DNA of 64,000 bases, taken from contig CAWBZI010000003.1 of assembly GCA_963793265.1 (NCBI GenBank), positions 32,001 to 96,000 on the forward strand, given 5' to 3'. The position numbers and the translations under genes were made by a program. The notes beneath the pieces are model-generated. The model made no database searches. It saw only the letters and a program-made list of their open reading frames with translations, and was not told the DNA's origin. Below are positions 19,358-29,152 of this stretch, one piece after another (within the stretch, counting starts at the first letter, position 1; the number at the start of each line of letters is the position of its first letter). Source of the DNA: an uncultured cyanobacterium (lineage in GTDB: Bacteria; Cyanobacteriota; Cyanobacteriia; Phormidesmidales; Phormidesmidaceae).

Positions 19358-19839
19358 CACTAGATTCTCTCTCTATAAGCCCGTTCTATAGTCCTTTTAA
19401 AGGGTCGGTTCGGAAGGCCGCTGAAGACGCACTTGTCCGTTGTTGCGAACTCATCTAATAGCGTGCATCAATTGCAATAAAACGAATGTTGCTGCAAACG
19501 TTTTCACTATCAAATCTAACTCTTTAAGGTAAAAAATAAGTCTATTGCGATAACAGTTCAAAGATATTTTATGCTTAGTAATGTCAGCGAATCAAATGTT
19601 TTTCGCTGATGGCTATAGGGGTTTTTTTGAGGTTGTTTACTACAGTTTGGAAGTATGCTTTTATAGTAAAGCCTAAAACTTGTGAACAGCTTTGAATATA
19701 AGAGGCGAATGCACAGAATGTATTCGCAAACGCATACGCCATTTTGTATACCTCTGATTTGCACAAAGACTATATAAGTGAATCGTATTGGTTGCGTTCT
19801 ATTATTGGTATCTGCTGTTTAGTCTAGAGAGTTGAGTGA

Positions 19840-20247
19840 ATGGTTAACGACCCAAATACGGACGCCCTCAAGGGCAAAGCGCTGCTCACAAAGGTCAAAG
19901 AGCTAGAGCACCTGAGTAAAGAAGAGAAGGCCAAAACCTGCGGGTACTACACCGTCACTAAAAAGGGCGTTACCCGCGTCAATATGATGAAGTTTCTCAA
20001 GGCGCTGATTGAAGCTGAGGGCATTCAGATTGAAAGCACTCAGGGCGGCAATGGCAGGGGAGGCCGTAGCGCTAGCTATCGCATTACCGTGCAGTCCAAC
20101 GGCAACTTGCTGATCGGCTCTGCCTACACTAAGCAAATGGGCCTCAACCCCGGCGACGAGTTTGAAATTTCACTGGGCCGCAAGCACATTCGTCTCACTC
20201 AGCTAGACAACAGCGGCGAGAGCATGGCAGAAGATGAGGATGAATAG
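19840..20247 (+). CDS. Cyanobacterial AbrB-like regulator (cyAbrB)
   Basis: AKTCGYYT, GRSASYRITVQSNGNLLIGSAYT, FEISLGRKHI. Confidence 0.93.
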   Translation: MVNDPNTDALKGKALLTKVKELEHLSKEEKAKTCGYYTVTKKGVTRVNMMKFLKALIEAEGIQIESTQGGNGRGGRSASYRITVQSNGNLLIGSAYTKQMGLNPGDEFEISLGRKHIRLTQLDNSGESMAEDEDE

Positions 20248-20299
20248 GGCTAAATAGGCATGAAAACGAATAGGCCGTAAAGGCTGGAGACGTATTGCG

Positions 20300-21952
20300 A
20301 TGGGCTTGCCGGTTGTTGTAGAAATTGCCATTGGGCTGATTTTCATCTATCTCGCGCTGAGTCTGGTCGCCAGCGAAATTCAAGAAATTATTAGCGCCCT
20401 CTTTCAGTGGCGCGCCGAGCACCTGAAGCGCTCGATTGAACAGCTTTTGGCCGGAGATAGTCTGAGCGGTCGGACGAGCGGACAGCTTCAGGGCAATCGC
20501 GCCAGTAATCGCGCTACCGACCGCGCCACCGACCGCAAAGCTAGCCGTAAAAATGCTCGCCAGAGCGCTAAACAGAACGCCCGAGCTGCCAAAACCTTAG
20601 CCGACGACCTCTACAGCTCGCCGCTGATCGAAAACCTCAACTACGAGGCGCAAGGACGGTTAGCCAGCGGGCTACGGGCTATTTTGCACGGTGTCGGCAC
20701 CCTCTACCGCACCCTCACCTTCAGCCGTAACGTATTTGGTCGCAAAACCAGCGGCCCTTCTTACATTCCCGCCGAAACCTTTGCTACCAGCCTCATTGAC
20801 CGGCTCAAGCTAGCTGACTTTCAGCGGCTGCTAGTGCGATCGCGCTTTCAAGACTTTGTAGAAAATGACGTGCAGCGTCCCCTTCACAACATGGTGCACG
20901 AGCTGCGCGCCCGCTTAGGCCAAGAAGATCTCCTCGCCTCTGAGCTGGCCTACTTTGACGCGGAAAGGCAGCAGATATTAGACGACTTGAGCAACCGGCG
21001 GATTACCCTAGAAGCCGCCCTAGAACGACTTTCTCTGGCGCTAGAAACGTTTGAAGCGATGACTACAGACATGCCGCTCTCGCCCGACTCACAGGCTTCA
21101 GCCGTCGCCAGCTCTTTTGCCAAACGGGTGCGCTACCTGCGTCAGGGCTTAGATGGCAGCAGCCAAAAGATAGAGGCGCTACTGGTCAGAATTAGACCTA
21201 GCTTGAGTGATTTGACCGCGCTACTCGATCCAAACAGTGCAACCTACGCTGAGCTGGTCGCAGTGGCTCAGCGCGAGGGCGGGGCCGTATGGGAATCGCT
21301 GCAAAAGCTTCAGCAGGCCGTGATTCCGCCTCGATTAAGAGAGAGCATGGCGACGCTGGGCGATAGAGCTGAGCGGCGTGTGAAGACCAGGGGGGCGGAG
21401 TTGCAGCAGCTACAGACCGAAGTAGAAGAGTGGTTTAATCGCGGGATGGATCGCGCTAGCGGTGTGTATCGGCGCAATGTGAAAGGGGTGGGCCTGATGA
21501 TTGGCTTTGCGATCGCCTTCATGCTCAACGCCGATACCTTTTACATGTTTAACCGGCTCAGCACCGATCAGGCCATTCGCAACAGCATTATTCAAACAGT
21601 CGATCAGCTAGAGGTGCGCAGCCTTGAAAATGCCGAGGCGCTTTCACGAGAGCTGCAAATTGATGGGCTCTCTGAGGAGCTGCGTGAAGAATTGCAGGGC
21701 GACTTACGTTCGGTCGGGACAGCCGTAGAAAATGCGCTGGCGGCCTATCCGCTCCCGATTGGGCGATCGCCTGAAATTTTTAGAGCGCAGCAAAGGGCAG
21801 AGGCCAACTGGCCAATTCCCTACCTGCCTCAGCGGCTGTTCGGCTGGGCGGTTACCGGGTTAGCGCTATCAATGGGCGCAAGCTTCTGGTTTGATCTGCT
21901 GCGCAAGGTGACTTCAGCGAGAGCATCTGGCGATCGGCCTAGTAAGGCTTAG
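20300..21952 (+). CDS. Conserved hypothetical membrane protein
   Basis: IAIGLIFIYLALSL..S.IQE N-terminus; WFN..MDRASGVYRR; GWAVTGLALSMGASFWFDLL C-terminus. Confidence 0.8.
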   Translation: MGLPVVVEIAIGLIFIYLALSLVASEIQEIISALFQWRAEHLKRSIEQLLAGDSLSGRTSGQLQGNRASNRATDRATDRKASRKNARQSAKQNARAAKTLADDLYSSPLIENLNYEAQGRLASGLRAILHGVGTLYRTLTFSRNVFGRKTSGPSYIPAETFATSLIDRLKLADFQRLLVRSRFQDFVENDVQRPLHNMVHELRARLGQEDLLASELAYFDAERQQILDDLSNRRITLEAALERLSLALETFEAMTTDMPLSPDSQASAVASSFAKRVRYLRQGLDGSSQKIEALLVRIRPSLSDLTALLDPNSATYAELVAVAQREGGAVWESLQKLQQAVIPPRLRESMATLGDRAERRVKTRGAELQQLQTEVEEWFNRGMDRASGVYRRNVKGVGLMIGFAIAFMLNADTFYMFNRLSTDQAIRNSIIQTVDQLEVRSLENAEALSRELQIDGLSEELREELQGDLRSVGTAVENALAAYPLPIGRSPEIFRAQQRAEANWPIPYLPQRLFGWAVTGLALSMGASFWFDLLRKVTSARASGDRPSKA

Positions 21953-21968
21953 CCCCGTTTGCTAGCGC

Positions 21969-23477
21969 TCAGATTAAAGGCTGACGATCAACCTCTAGCA
22001 GCCACACAATAAAAGCGCTGCCAGGGCCTACGTCAGCCTGACTATCTTCAACAATCGCCGGTAGCCAGGGCGTGCCCACAGCAGGGCTTACCACTTCGAT
22101 AAAGCCCTGCATCTCCTTGACCAAAGATTGCGCGATCGCTAGCCCCAACCCCGTCCCTGGAATATCACTCGCCGCCTGTACCCCCCGATAGTTGCGCTCA
22201 AACAGCCGTCCCTGGTCGGTCGCTGGAATCCCTGGGCCAGTATCGCCCACTACAATCCCCTGATAGTGACCGCCCTCATCGGCCCGGCTCACCCCCGTTT
22301 GCACCCATACCTGAGCCCCTGACGGCGAATACTTAATCGCATTGTCCACCAGATTGCTCACCACCTCACCTAGCGCCTCTTCCTCTCCCCACACCGAGGG
22401 CGTATCCGAAGTCACCTGTGCGTGCAGATCAACGCCTTTTTCAGCGGCCACAATGCCAGAAACCGCTAGCACAGGCTCGACAATATCAGGGATGTACTGG
22501 GCAGTTAACGTTAGGACATGACCCAGTTCAGCGCCTTGATGGTTCGCAGGCTCCTCCGTATTGTCTGCATTTCCAGAAAGTAAAGGCTGCGGCGATCGCG
22601 AGCCTGTCAATAGCTGGCCCGGCGATAGAATTCTAGACTGCACCGCCGCTGCTGTTTGCGCGGTTTCAGCCCGCAAGTCGGCATCTCCAATTGCGATCGC
22701 CTCGTCAAAGTGCGTCACCAGCTCCCGCAGCCGCTTATTTTCACGCACGATGCCCGTTGCAATCGGCTGATTGGTATCTTCTACATCTAGTCGCTTCACC
22801 AGCAGTTGCCCAAATGTAGACACCGCCGTCAGCGGATTGCGAAACTGATGCAGCAAATTGTGAAAAATCTCTGACTGACGGCTCTGAAGTCCGCGCTTAT
22901 GCGCAAGCTGACTTTGCAACCACTGATTGCGCCGCTCTAGCACGCAGCCACCCGCAAGCGACTGCGCCACCGTCTCCACATGCCTGCGCTCCTCACTCTC
23001 CCAAGCGCGATCCGGGCGAACGGCCACCAGCAGGCCCACCACCACATCGGTATACATCAGCGGCATCACGAGCTGCTGTTCGGGCTGCAAAATATCGGGC
23101 CACTCAAACTCAGCTTCAGCCACCGACTCCGAGTCCGCACTAGCCGAACGATCCACGGGCGCTTGTACGGGCTCAGGCAAACCAACCGACTCCGCATCTA
23201 GATCAGCAGCGTCGCCAGGAAGCGCTAGCTGAGGGCTCACGCCCGAAGATCGATGAGTCGATCCGCTTGACCAGGGTGTGGCCCGCTCAAAATTGGCTAC
23301 CCAGCTCTCGACCGGCTCGGGATAGCTTACGACTGGCACAAAGCTAGACTGCTCGTTGCCCTGGGCGAGCACGTCTGCAATATATAGCGCCGCCGAAGAC
23401 GTGGCTAACCGCTGAGTCAACAGCCTAAGCTGAGTCCGACAGAGTGATATAAATTCAGGACTTGCGATCGCTGTCAT
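21969..23477 (-). CDS. GAF-domain sensor histidine kinase, Hik2/CSK-like
   Basis: SPEFISLC N-terminus, LLHQFRNPLTA H-box, NLVDNAIKYS, DTGPGI, GTGLGLAI. Confidence 0.9.
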   Translation of the reverse strand: MTAIASPEFISLCRTQLRLLTQRLATSSAALYIADVLAQGNEQSSFVPVVSYPEPVESWVANFERATPWSSGSTHRSSGVSPQLALPGDAADLDAESVGLPEPVQAPVDRSASADSESVAEAEFEWPDILQPEQQLVMPLMYTDVVVGLLVAVRPDRAWESEERRHVETVAQSLAGGCVLERRNQWLQSQLAHKRGLQSRQSEIFHNLLHQFRNPLTAVSTFGQLLVKRLDVEDTNQPIATGIVRENKRLRELVTHFDEAIAIGDADLRAETAQTAAAVQSRILSPGQLLTGSRSPQPLLSGNADNTEEPANHQGAELGHVLTLTAQYIPDIVEPVLAVSGIVAAEKGVDLHAQVTSDTPSVWGEEEALGEVVSNLVDNAIKYSPSGAQVWVQTGVSRADEGGHYQGIVVGDTGPGIPATDQGRLFERNYRGVQAASDIPGTGLGLAIAQSLVKEMQGFIEVVSPAVGTPWLPAIVEDSQADVGPGSAFIVWLLEVDRQPLI

Positions 23478-23802
23478 AAAAAAGCGGCGTTGAGCGCCAT
23501 AAGAGCATCAGACGAGCAGCAGGCAACAAGCTTGAGCGAAGACCTCCACGCTTATTGTTAAGTTTGTTACAAGTTTTATAGCAGCTCGGCTGTTCATTTT
23601 AAGAACATTCTGCAAGTAAAGCCGCTACAAAGCTAGTAAATTCAAGGAGAAACCGCAATAACACGGAAACGCAAATGAATGTTTAAGCCAACTTGAAATT
23701 TTAAGTCGTACCTGCTATATTTTGCAAGGTCTGGGCCTGATTGTAGTCATTGCTACATCTGAGCTTTTGACAATTGGCTAAACGGTACAAGAGGTAGAAA
23801 AC

Positions 23803-24114
23803 TTGGCACGCAGACGTAAGCGCAAAAGTCGTCGTCGGTTAGAAGGGCGTCGCATCTTAGAGGCAGTGCCTCAGTTCAGCATCGAGAGCGGTGAAGAAAA
23901 GCCTGTGACGGCTGCTCGTAATTACATTCACGCTCAAGGCATTTGTCCGCCTGCTCTACTGTTAGTAAAGCGAAACGAACACACGACCGATCGCTATTTT
24001 TGGGCTGAAAAAGGTCTATTTGGCGCTCAGTATGTTGAAGAGAACCACTTTTTGTTCCCTAGCCTCCGTCTTCTTATGACTGAAGAAGAAGAGGAGCTAG
24101 CGGTTTCAAGCTAG
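23803..24114 (+). CDS. DUF3155 family protein
   Basis: MARRRKRKSRRRLEGRRILE...RNEHTTDRYFWAEKGLFGAQY. Confidence 0.88.
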   Translation: MARRRKRKSRRRLEGRRILEAVPQFSIESGEEKPVTAARNYIHAQGICPPALLLVKRNEHTTDRYFWAEKGLFGAQYVEENHFLFPSLRLLMTEEEEELAVSS

Positions 24115-24211
24115 TCGTTCTCCAAATCCATCAGAACTCATCTAAATAGGAAGGGGCTAGACGTGCTTATTAGGAGTACTTAGCGCCTTCCTTTTTTTGG
24201 TCTGTTTATCT

Positions 24212-24871
24212 CTAAGCCAGCTTCTTTAGCCCGGCCCAATCTCTCACATCAGCTTGCGCAAAAGTATTCTCCAAATCAGCCAGCTCATCTCGATGCCCTT
24301 TCACAGTCAGCTTCGAGAGCAGGCTTTCATCGCCCTCAGCGGCAGACTCACCTGCAACCATCGGCTCTACTTTAAACACAATCGTCTCCGGGCGATTGGA
24401 CTTGCGCCAGTAGAATACGCCCGCTAAAGGTGAAGCTGCGACTAGCCCCAACAGCCACCCGCCCCAGCTCGGAAACAGCGTGGCGACCACCAGCGATAGG
24501 CAGGTAAAGCCAACGGCGGCAAGCACCGACAAAAACACGGCCATGAAAACGCTGGGGCTGACCATGCCCGTGAGCGTAGTGCCGTTGATGATTGTTGGGC
24601 CGGGGGTATTGTCGGGCACGCGATCGCTTGGCTTATAGGCGCGGCTATAAAAATACTTCATCACCGCCTGCTGCAACGTATCGGCCTTTTGCACAGAGCC
24701 GAGCTGCACCACCTCAATGCGGTCTTTGGTAGAGGCGCGAATAAAAAAGACCAGACCAATCACCATCAGGCTCGTCAAAATCAGCGTAGACGTGCGGGCT
24801 GGATCGTTAAAGAACAAAGCGTTTGTACCTTGATTACATGCTGAGAATAAACAACAGTTTACCAGTTCCAC
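24212..24871 (-). CDS. Cofactor assembly of complex C subunit B (CCB1/DUF3529)
   Basis: GLVFFIRASTKDR, PSVFMAVFL, SPLAGVFYW, KGHRDEL; start uncertain. Confidence 0.8.
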   Translation of the reverse strand: MELVNCCLFSACNQGTNALFFNDPARTSTLILTSLMVIGLVFFIRASTKDRIEVVQLGSVQKADTLQQAVMKYFYSRAYKPSDRVPDNTPGPTIINGTTLTGMVSPSVFMAVFLSVLAAVGFTCLSLVVATLFPSWGGWLLGLVAASPLAGVFYWRKSNRPETIVFKVEPMVAGESAAEGDESLLSKLTVKGHRDELADLENTFAQADVRDWAGLKKLA

Positions 24872-24926
24872 AAAAAAACAGAGAAAAGACCACAGACGAC
24901 AAGGAGGGCTGTCATCTGCGGTCTTC
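24872..24926 (-). terminator. Rho-independent terminator after pex
   Basis: Minus strand GAAGACCGCAGATGACA-loop-TGTCGTCTGTGGTCTTTT followed by a T tract. Confidence 0.6.
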
Positions 24927-24998
24927 TATCAACGGAGCTTTTTTGGGTGTATCTATATCTGTTTGAAAGACCTACTCAAAAGCGAAAAGCGCTGCTTG

Positions 24999-25466
24999 CT
25001 AGGAACCAGCAAACTTCATTTCAGCGGCCACAGCTAGCGCCTGAGTCGCCACGACATGTTGAGCGACAGCAGTCTGAGGAATGGGCTGAGCATTCACCTT
25101 TTGAGGCGTCTGCTGGCGACTGCGCTGCTGGCCTACCATGTAGCGCTGCCACAGGTCGGCTAGCTCGCGGGCTTTCATCTGCCAGTCAGGGCGCAGGCGA
25201 TACATCCGACGCGGACGACCTCGGCCTTCGACCTTTTTCCAGTAGCCCATAATCGACGCCTGGTTCTCTAAAAACTTCAGGGCGCTATAGAGCACAGTAT
25301 CTGAAAGGCGATAGTGGGGATAGTCTTGCTCGATGGCGTGGATCAGTTCGGTGCCATAAGAGTCGTGGCGGGTCAGAACTGACAGAACGTAGCAGACGGC
25401 CAGCTCTTTGTTGAGATACACCGGGGGGGGATCTTCAAAGAACTGATAGATATCTTCAAACTTCAT
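24999..25466 (-). CDS. pex: PadR-family circadian period extender
   Basis: MKFEDIYQFF, LNKELAVCY, SYGTELI, LSDTVLY, GRGRPRRMY. Confidence 0.88.
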   Translation of the reverse strand: MKFEDIYQFFEDPPPVYLNKELAVCYVLSVLTRHDSYGTELIHAIEQDYPHYRLSDTVLYSALKFLENQASIMGYWKKVEGRGRPRRMYRLRPDWQMKARELADLWQRYMVGQQRSRQQTPQKVNAQPIPQTAVAQHVVATQALAVAAEMKFAGS

Positions 25467-25793
25467 AGGAAGCTCCGATAGCGGGCTAGGTAGCAGCTTG
25501 TAGAAGTCAACACGCCCTACATAGCTTTCTATTTTTTAGTTAATAGAAGACAGAAGAGGTGCTAAAACTGCTGATTCATTTTAGCCACTAAATAATAGAT
25601 TTACTTAATTTTTGCGAAAGCGGTAACTATCCGCAAGGTTTCGTCAGACTTAGGCAAAGATCGACGGTTCAGGCACCATTTTTGTCACAAAGCAGGAGCG
25701 ATCGCTTCTCACTTTGTTGTGTTTCGTCACTAATTAATCAAGCTATGTTGCTAACTATTTCAAATCGTTTCAAACAGCACTCGCTCAACCGAT

Positions 25794-27278
25794 TTATTGA
25801 GAGCTATCGCGAGTGCGGAAGAGGACTCGGCCATCTTGAACGGCAGCCAGATCGAGGTAGACAGGGCCGGTGGTGAGGATAGGCTGGCTAGCGATCGCCC
25901 GAATCTCAAGCGGCTGACCGTAGCTTTGCACCCGGCTCAAAAAATCCAGAACCGGCTCAGAAAGACCGTTGGCAATAATCGGCTGATAGCGAATGATGCC
26001 GTTGCGACGGGCCTGAAACTCAGCCGTGGCTCTCAGCAGCGTAAAGCGCTCAATCAAGGCTTCGTTACTTACATTAGCGGTAACGGGCGCGGCCGCTAGT
26101 ATCTCCCCAGGCTGAAAGCGAACCTCGTTGACGGCTGCGTCAATATTCACCTGCAAGCAGGGCTCAGTGTCCTGCGTAACCGAAGCATTCACGCAGGGCT
26201 CACCAACGATGTAATTAGCTGCCGAAGAGACTCTAATTACATAGTTTTGCTCGTCGGGAATGGCATTTATAATCTGTTCGACTGTCTCCTCGTCAAAGCG
26301 AATAACTACCTTGTCAGTGCTGTCGATACCCGGTAGAACAGTCTGCGCGGCAGTTTGGTTGGCGGTTACTAAAGCTTCTTCTACAGCCCTGCGCGCAGCC
26401 GCTGATGAATTAACGCGAGCAATAGTCAGCGCCAGCGTTTCATTGCGGCCTAGTGCCACGTTACCTAAGCGCAATCCTTGAAACTCAGCTTCTAGACTTT
26501 TAATTTCTTCGGTGAGGAAAGCCTGTTGGGTTTGCAAATCAGCTAGGCGGCTTTCACGCTCAGCAATTTCCCGATCACGCTGGGCGATTTGCTCGTCACG
26601 CTGGGCAATTTGGCTGTCGCGCTCGCTCAGCTCAGCGGCGCTTCTGGCAAGTTCTTCAGCCCTTTCGGCAAGCTGTTGATCACGGTCAGAAAGCTGCGCG
26701 TTACGCTGTGAAATTTGCTCGTCGCGCTGGGCAATTTGGTTAAGCACTTTCGCCTGCTCATCTAATAAATTCTGCCGCTCCGTGCGCAGCCCGTTGATTT
26801 CGTCGCGCAGCCCTACCGCCTGTTCGGAAACGCTGCCTAGCTGCGACTGGGTTTCCATTAGTCGGCCTAGCGTTTCTTCTTCGCGGGCGATCGCAGTCTG
26901 CAAAGAGTCATTGATCTCTAGCAGCCGAGACTGCGCTTCTTTTTGCAGCTCGGTAGATTCTTGTAGCGTGCTTTCCACCTCGTCTTTCTCAGCCTGAGTC
27001 GATTCTAAATCAGCCTGAGCTAGCGCGAGTTCTTCTTGAATATCATCAATTTGAAACAGCCCTTTGCGCAGTTGGCTATCGAGCGCGATCAGCAGCATTA
27101 GGGTAGAGAAGGAAGCGACGACGCCTGTAAAAACGCTGACTAATGTGGCGGTTTGCCGGGGCCGCAGGTTGAACAGGCTGAGGCGAGATTTTCCCACCTT
27201 CATACCAATGCGATCGCCCACCGTGGCGATCGCACCGCCGAGGCAAGCCACCGCAAAGATTAGTACAAATCCTGTCAT
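25794..27278 (-). CDS. DUF3084 coiled-coil protein
   Basis: GGAIATVGDRIGMKVGKSRLSLFNLRPRQTA; IAQRDEQ heptad repeats; downstream of ntcA. Confidence 0.88.
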   Translation of the reverse strand: MTGFVLIFAVACLGGAIATVGDRIGMKVGKSRLSLFNLRPRQTATLVSVFTGVVASFSTLMLLIALDSQLRKGLFQIDDIQEELALAQADLESTQAEKDEVESTLQESTELQKEAQSRLLEINDSLQTAIAREEETLGRLMETQSQLGSVSEQAVGLRDEINGLRTERQNLLDEQAKVLNQIAQRDEQISQRNAQLSDRDQQLAERAEELARSAAELSERDSQIAQRDEQIAQRDREIAERESRLADLQTQQAFLTEEIKSLEAEFQGLRLGNVALGRNETLALTIARVNSSAAARRAVEEALVTANQTAAQTVLPGIDSTDKVVIRFDEETVEQIINAIPDEQNYVIRVSSAANYIVGEPCVNASVTQDTEPCLQVNIDAAVNEVRFQPGEILAAAPVTANVSNEALIERFTLLRATAEFQARRNGIIRYQPIIANGLSEPVLDFLSRVQSYGQPLEIRAIASQPILTTGPVYLDLAAVQDGRVLFRTRDSSQ

Positions 27279-27415
27279 CCGTCGCCGAGCACTTGCAGAT
27301 TCTTTAACTACGCATTCCTAGCTACGTAATAGCACGGCCTACGACCATACCATAGCAAGATGTCGGGATAGAGGGCTGCAATGCCCCAACTATCAGCAGG
27401 CACAATCGGCTCGGC

Positions 27416-28090
27416 TTATGTGAACTGCTGTGAGAGCGTCACCGGATCGTGAACCGTAATCTTCTTTTTATGAATCGAGATCATGTCTTTTTCACGCAGA
27501 TCGCCTAGCAGCCGAGTGACGGTAACGCGCGTAGATCCAATAGCTTCTGCGATCGCCTGATGAGAAAGCTTCAAATCCACCGTGATCCCCGAGCTACCGG
27601 GCACCCCAAAGTCGCGACACAAAATCAGCAAAAAGCTCACCAGCCGCGAGCCCATATCGCGGTGGGCCAGCGTCTCAATCATCATCTCAGTCTGCAAAAT
27701 TCGCGAAGACAAGCCCCGCAGCATCAGCGCCGAAAGCCCTGGATTCTCCATCAGCGCCTGATTTACCTGATCGCCCTGTAGCGAAAGCAATTCTACCGGG
27801 GTAAAGGCCACCGCATGATAAAACCGATCGGACTTCTCGCCTGTTAGCAGCGAGAGCACGCCAAACACGCTATTTTCGCGCAGCAGCGCCACCGTAATTT
27901 CTTCACCCGCCTCGTACACCCGCGACAGCTTCACCGCGCCCTTCGTTAAAAAATAGATACGCTCTGCCGGGTCACCCGGAAAAAAGATGGTCTTATTGCG
28001 TTCATAAGACTCGACAACCGGCGGTAGCCCCCCACCCGCTAACGCGCGAAACAGCTCGGACATAGGCTTGTTAGGAATTGTCGAAACCAT
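27416..28090 (-). CDS. ntcA: Global nitrogen regulator NtcA
   Basis: [61 protein letters not shown]. Confidence 0.98.
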   Translation of the reverse strand: MVSTIPNKPMSELFRALAGGGLPPVVESYERNKTIFFPGDPAERIYFLTKGAVKLSRVYEAGEEITVALLRENSVFGVLSLLTGEKSDRFYHAVAFTPVELLSLQGDQVNQALMENPGLSALMLRGLSSRILQTEMMIETLAHRDMGSRLVSFLLILCRDFGVPGSSGITVDLKLSHQAIAEAIGSTRVTVTRLLGDLREKDMISIHKKKITVHDPVTLSQQFT

Positions 28091-28189
28091 ACTTGAGAAC
28101 CGAAGGGGTGAAGCGTAGGGGATCTGGATTGTTATGGGATGCTAACGCATCGCTGATACCACTAAAGCTCATCAGCCAAGATACGTTTT

Positions 28190-28203
28190 GTATCGTCCCA
28201 TAC
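28190..28203. promoter_or_regulatory. Candidate NtcA box GTA-N8-TAC
   Basis: GTATCGTCCCATAC upstream of ntcA; ntcA autoregulation is established. Confidence 0.5.
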
Positions 28204-28262
28204 CAAATAGACCCCGATTTTCTCATAAATCGGGGTTTCGCGACACTTTTATCAGTACTTTC

Positions 28263-28276
28263 GTATTGACAGGTAC
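28263..28276. promoter_or_regulatory. Second candidate NtcA box GTA-N8-TAC
   Basis: GTATTGACAGGTAC in the ntcA-fabI intergenic region. Confidence 0.45.
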
Positions 28277-28362
28277 TTAGAACACGGACAGGGGGCTATC
28301 GTGAATTCACCGTTTTTCAGTATGCTCCTAAGGCGCATCCAAACTGTTTAGACGAAAGATTC

Positions 28363-29140
28363 ATGCTAGATCTGACCGGAAAAAAGGCCCTTGTGACCGG
28401 CATCGCTAACAACCGCTCAATTGCCTGGGGCATTGCTCAGCAGCTCCACGCAGCGGGCGCAGAAATCGGCGTTACCTACTTGCCCGATGACAAAGGGACG
28501 AGCTGAGGGCAAGGTGAAGAAGCTAACTGAGCCACTTGAGCCCAGCCTCTTTTTGCCTTGCAACGTGCAGGACGACGCCCAGGTAGACGAGCTGTTTGCC
28601 ACCGTCAAAGAAAAGTGGGGCACGTTTGACATTCTCATTCACTGCCTGGCCTTTGCCAATCGCGACGATCTCACAGGCGCTTTCAGTGACACCTCACGAG
28701 CCGGATTTGATTTAGCGCTGAGCGTAAGCGCATATTCTTTGGTGCAGCTAGCTAAAGGCGCAAAAGCACTAATGCCTGAAGGTGGCAATATCGTTACGCT
28801 TACCTACCTCGGCGGCGTTCGGGTCGTACCTAACTACAACGTCATGGGTGTGGCTAAGGCGGCATTGGAAATGAACGTACGCTATTTGGCGGCTGATTTA
28901 GGCCCGCAGAATATTCGAGTCAATGGCATTTCCGCAGGCCCTATTCGCACCTTGGCCTCATCGGCCATTGGCGGCATTCTAGACATGATTCACCATGTTG
29001 AAGAAGTAGCTCCACTCAGACGAACTGTCACGCAAACTGAAGTCGGCAATGCGGCTGCATTCTTGTGTAGTGACTTGTCAAGCGGGATTACGGGTCAAGT
29101 CGTTTATGTAGATTCTGGCTACGCGATTATGGGGATGTAG
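28363..29140 (+). CDS. fabI: Enoyl-ACP reductase FabI (apparent +1 frameshift at 28495-28497)
   Basis: [25 protein letters not shown]...PDDKG, then the frame switches to RAEGKVKK...[12 protein letters not shown]...[10 protein letters not shown]. Confidence 0.95.
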
Positions 29141-29152
29141 CTTAGCTCCGAT

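Noticed and set aside
23550..23585. RpaB HLR1-like direct repeats (GTTAAG..GTTACA)
   Set aside because: Repeat spacing is 9 rather than 10 nt and the match is weak
26555..26745. 21-bp periodic repeats resembling an array
   Set aside because: They encode IAQRDEQ coiled-coil heptads in DUF3084; no unique spacers
28363..28505. Programmed frameshift or true pseudogene in fabI
   Set aside because: No canonical slippery heptamer; similar homopolymer indels in two other genes point to sequencing error
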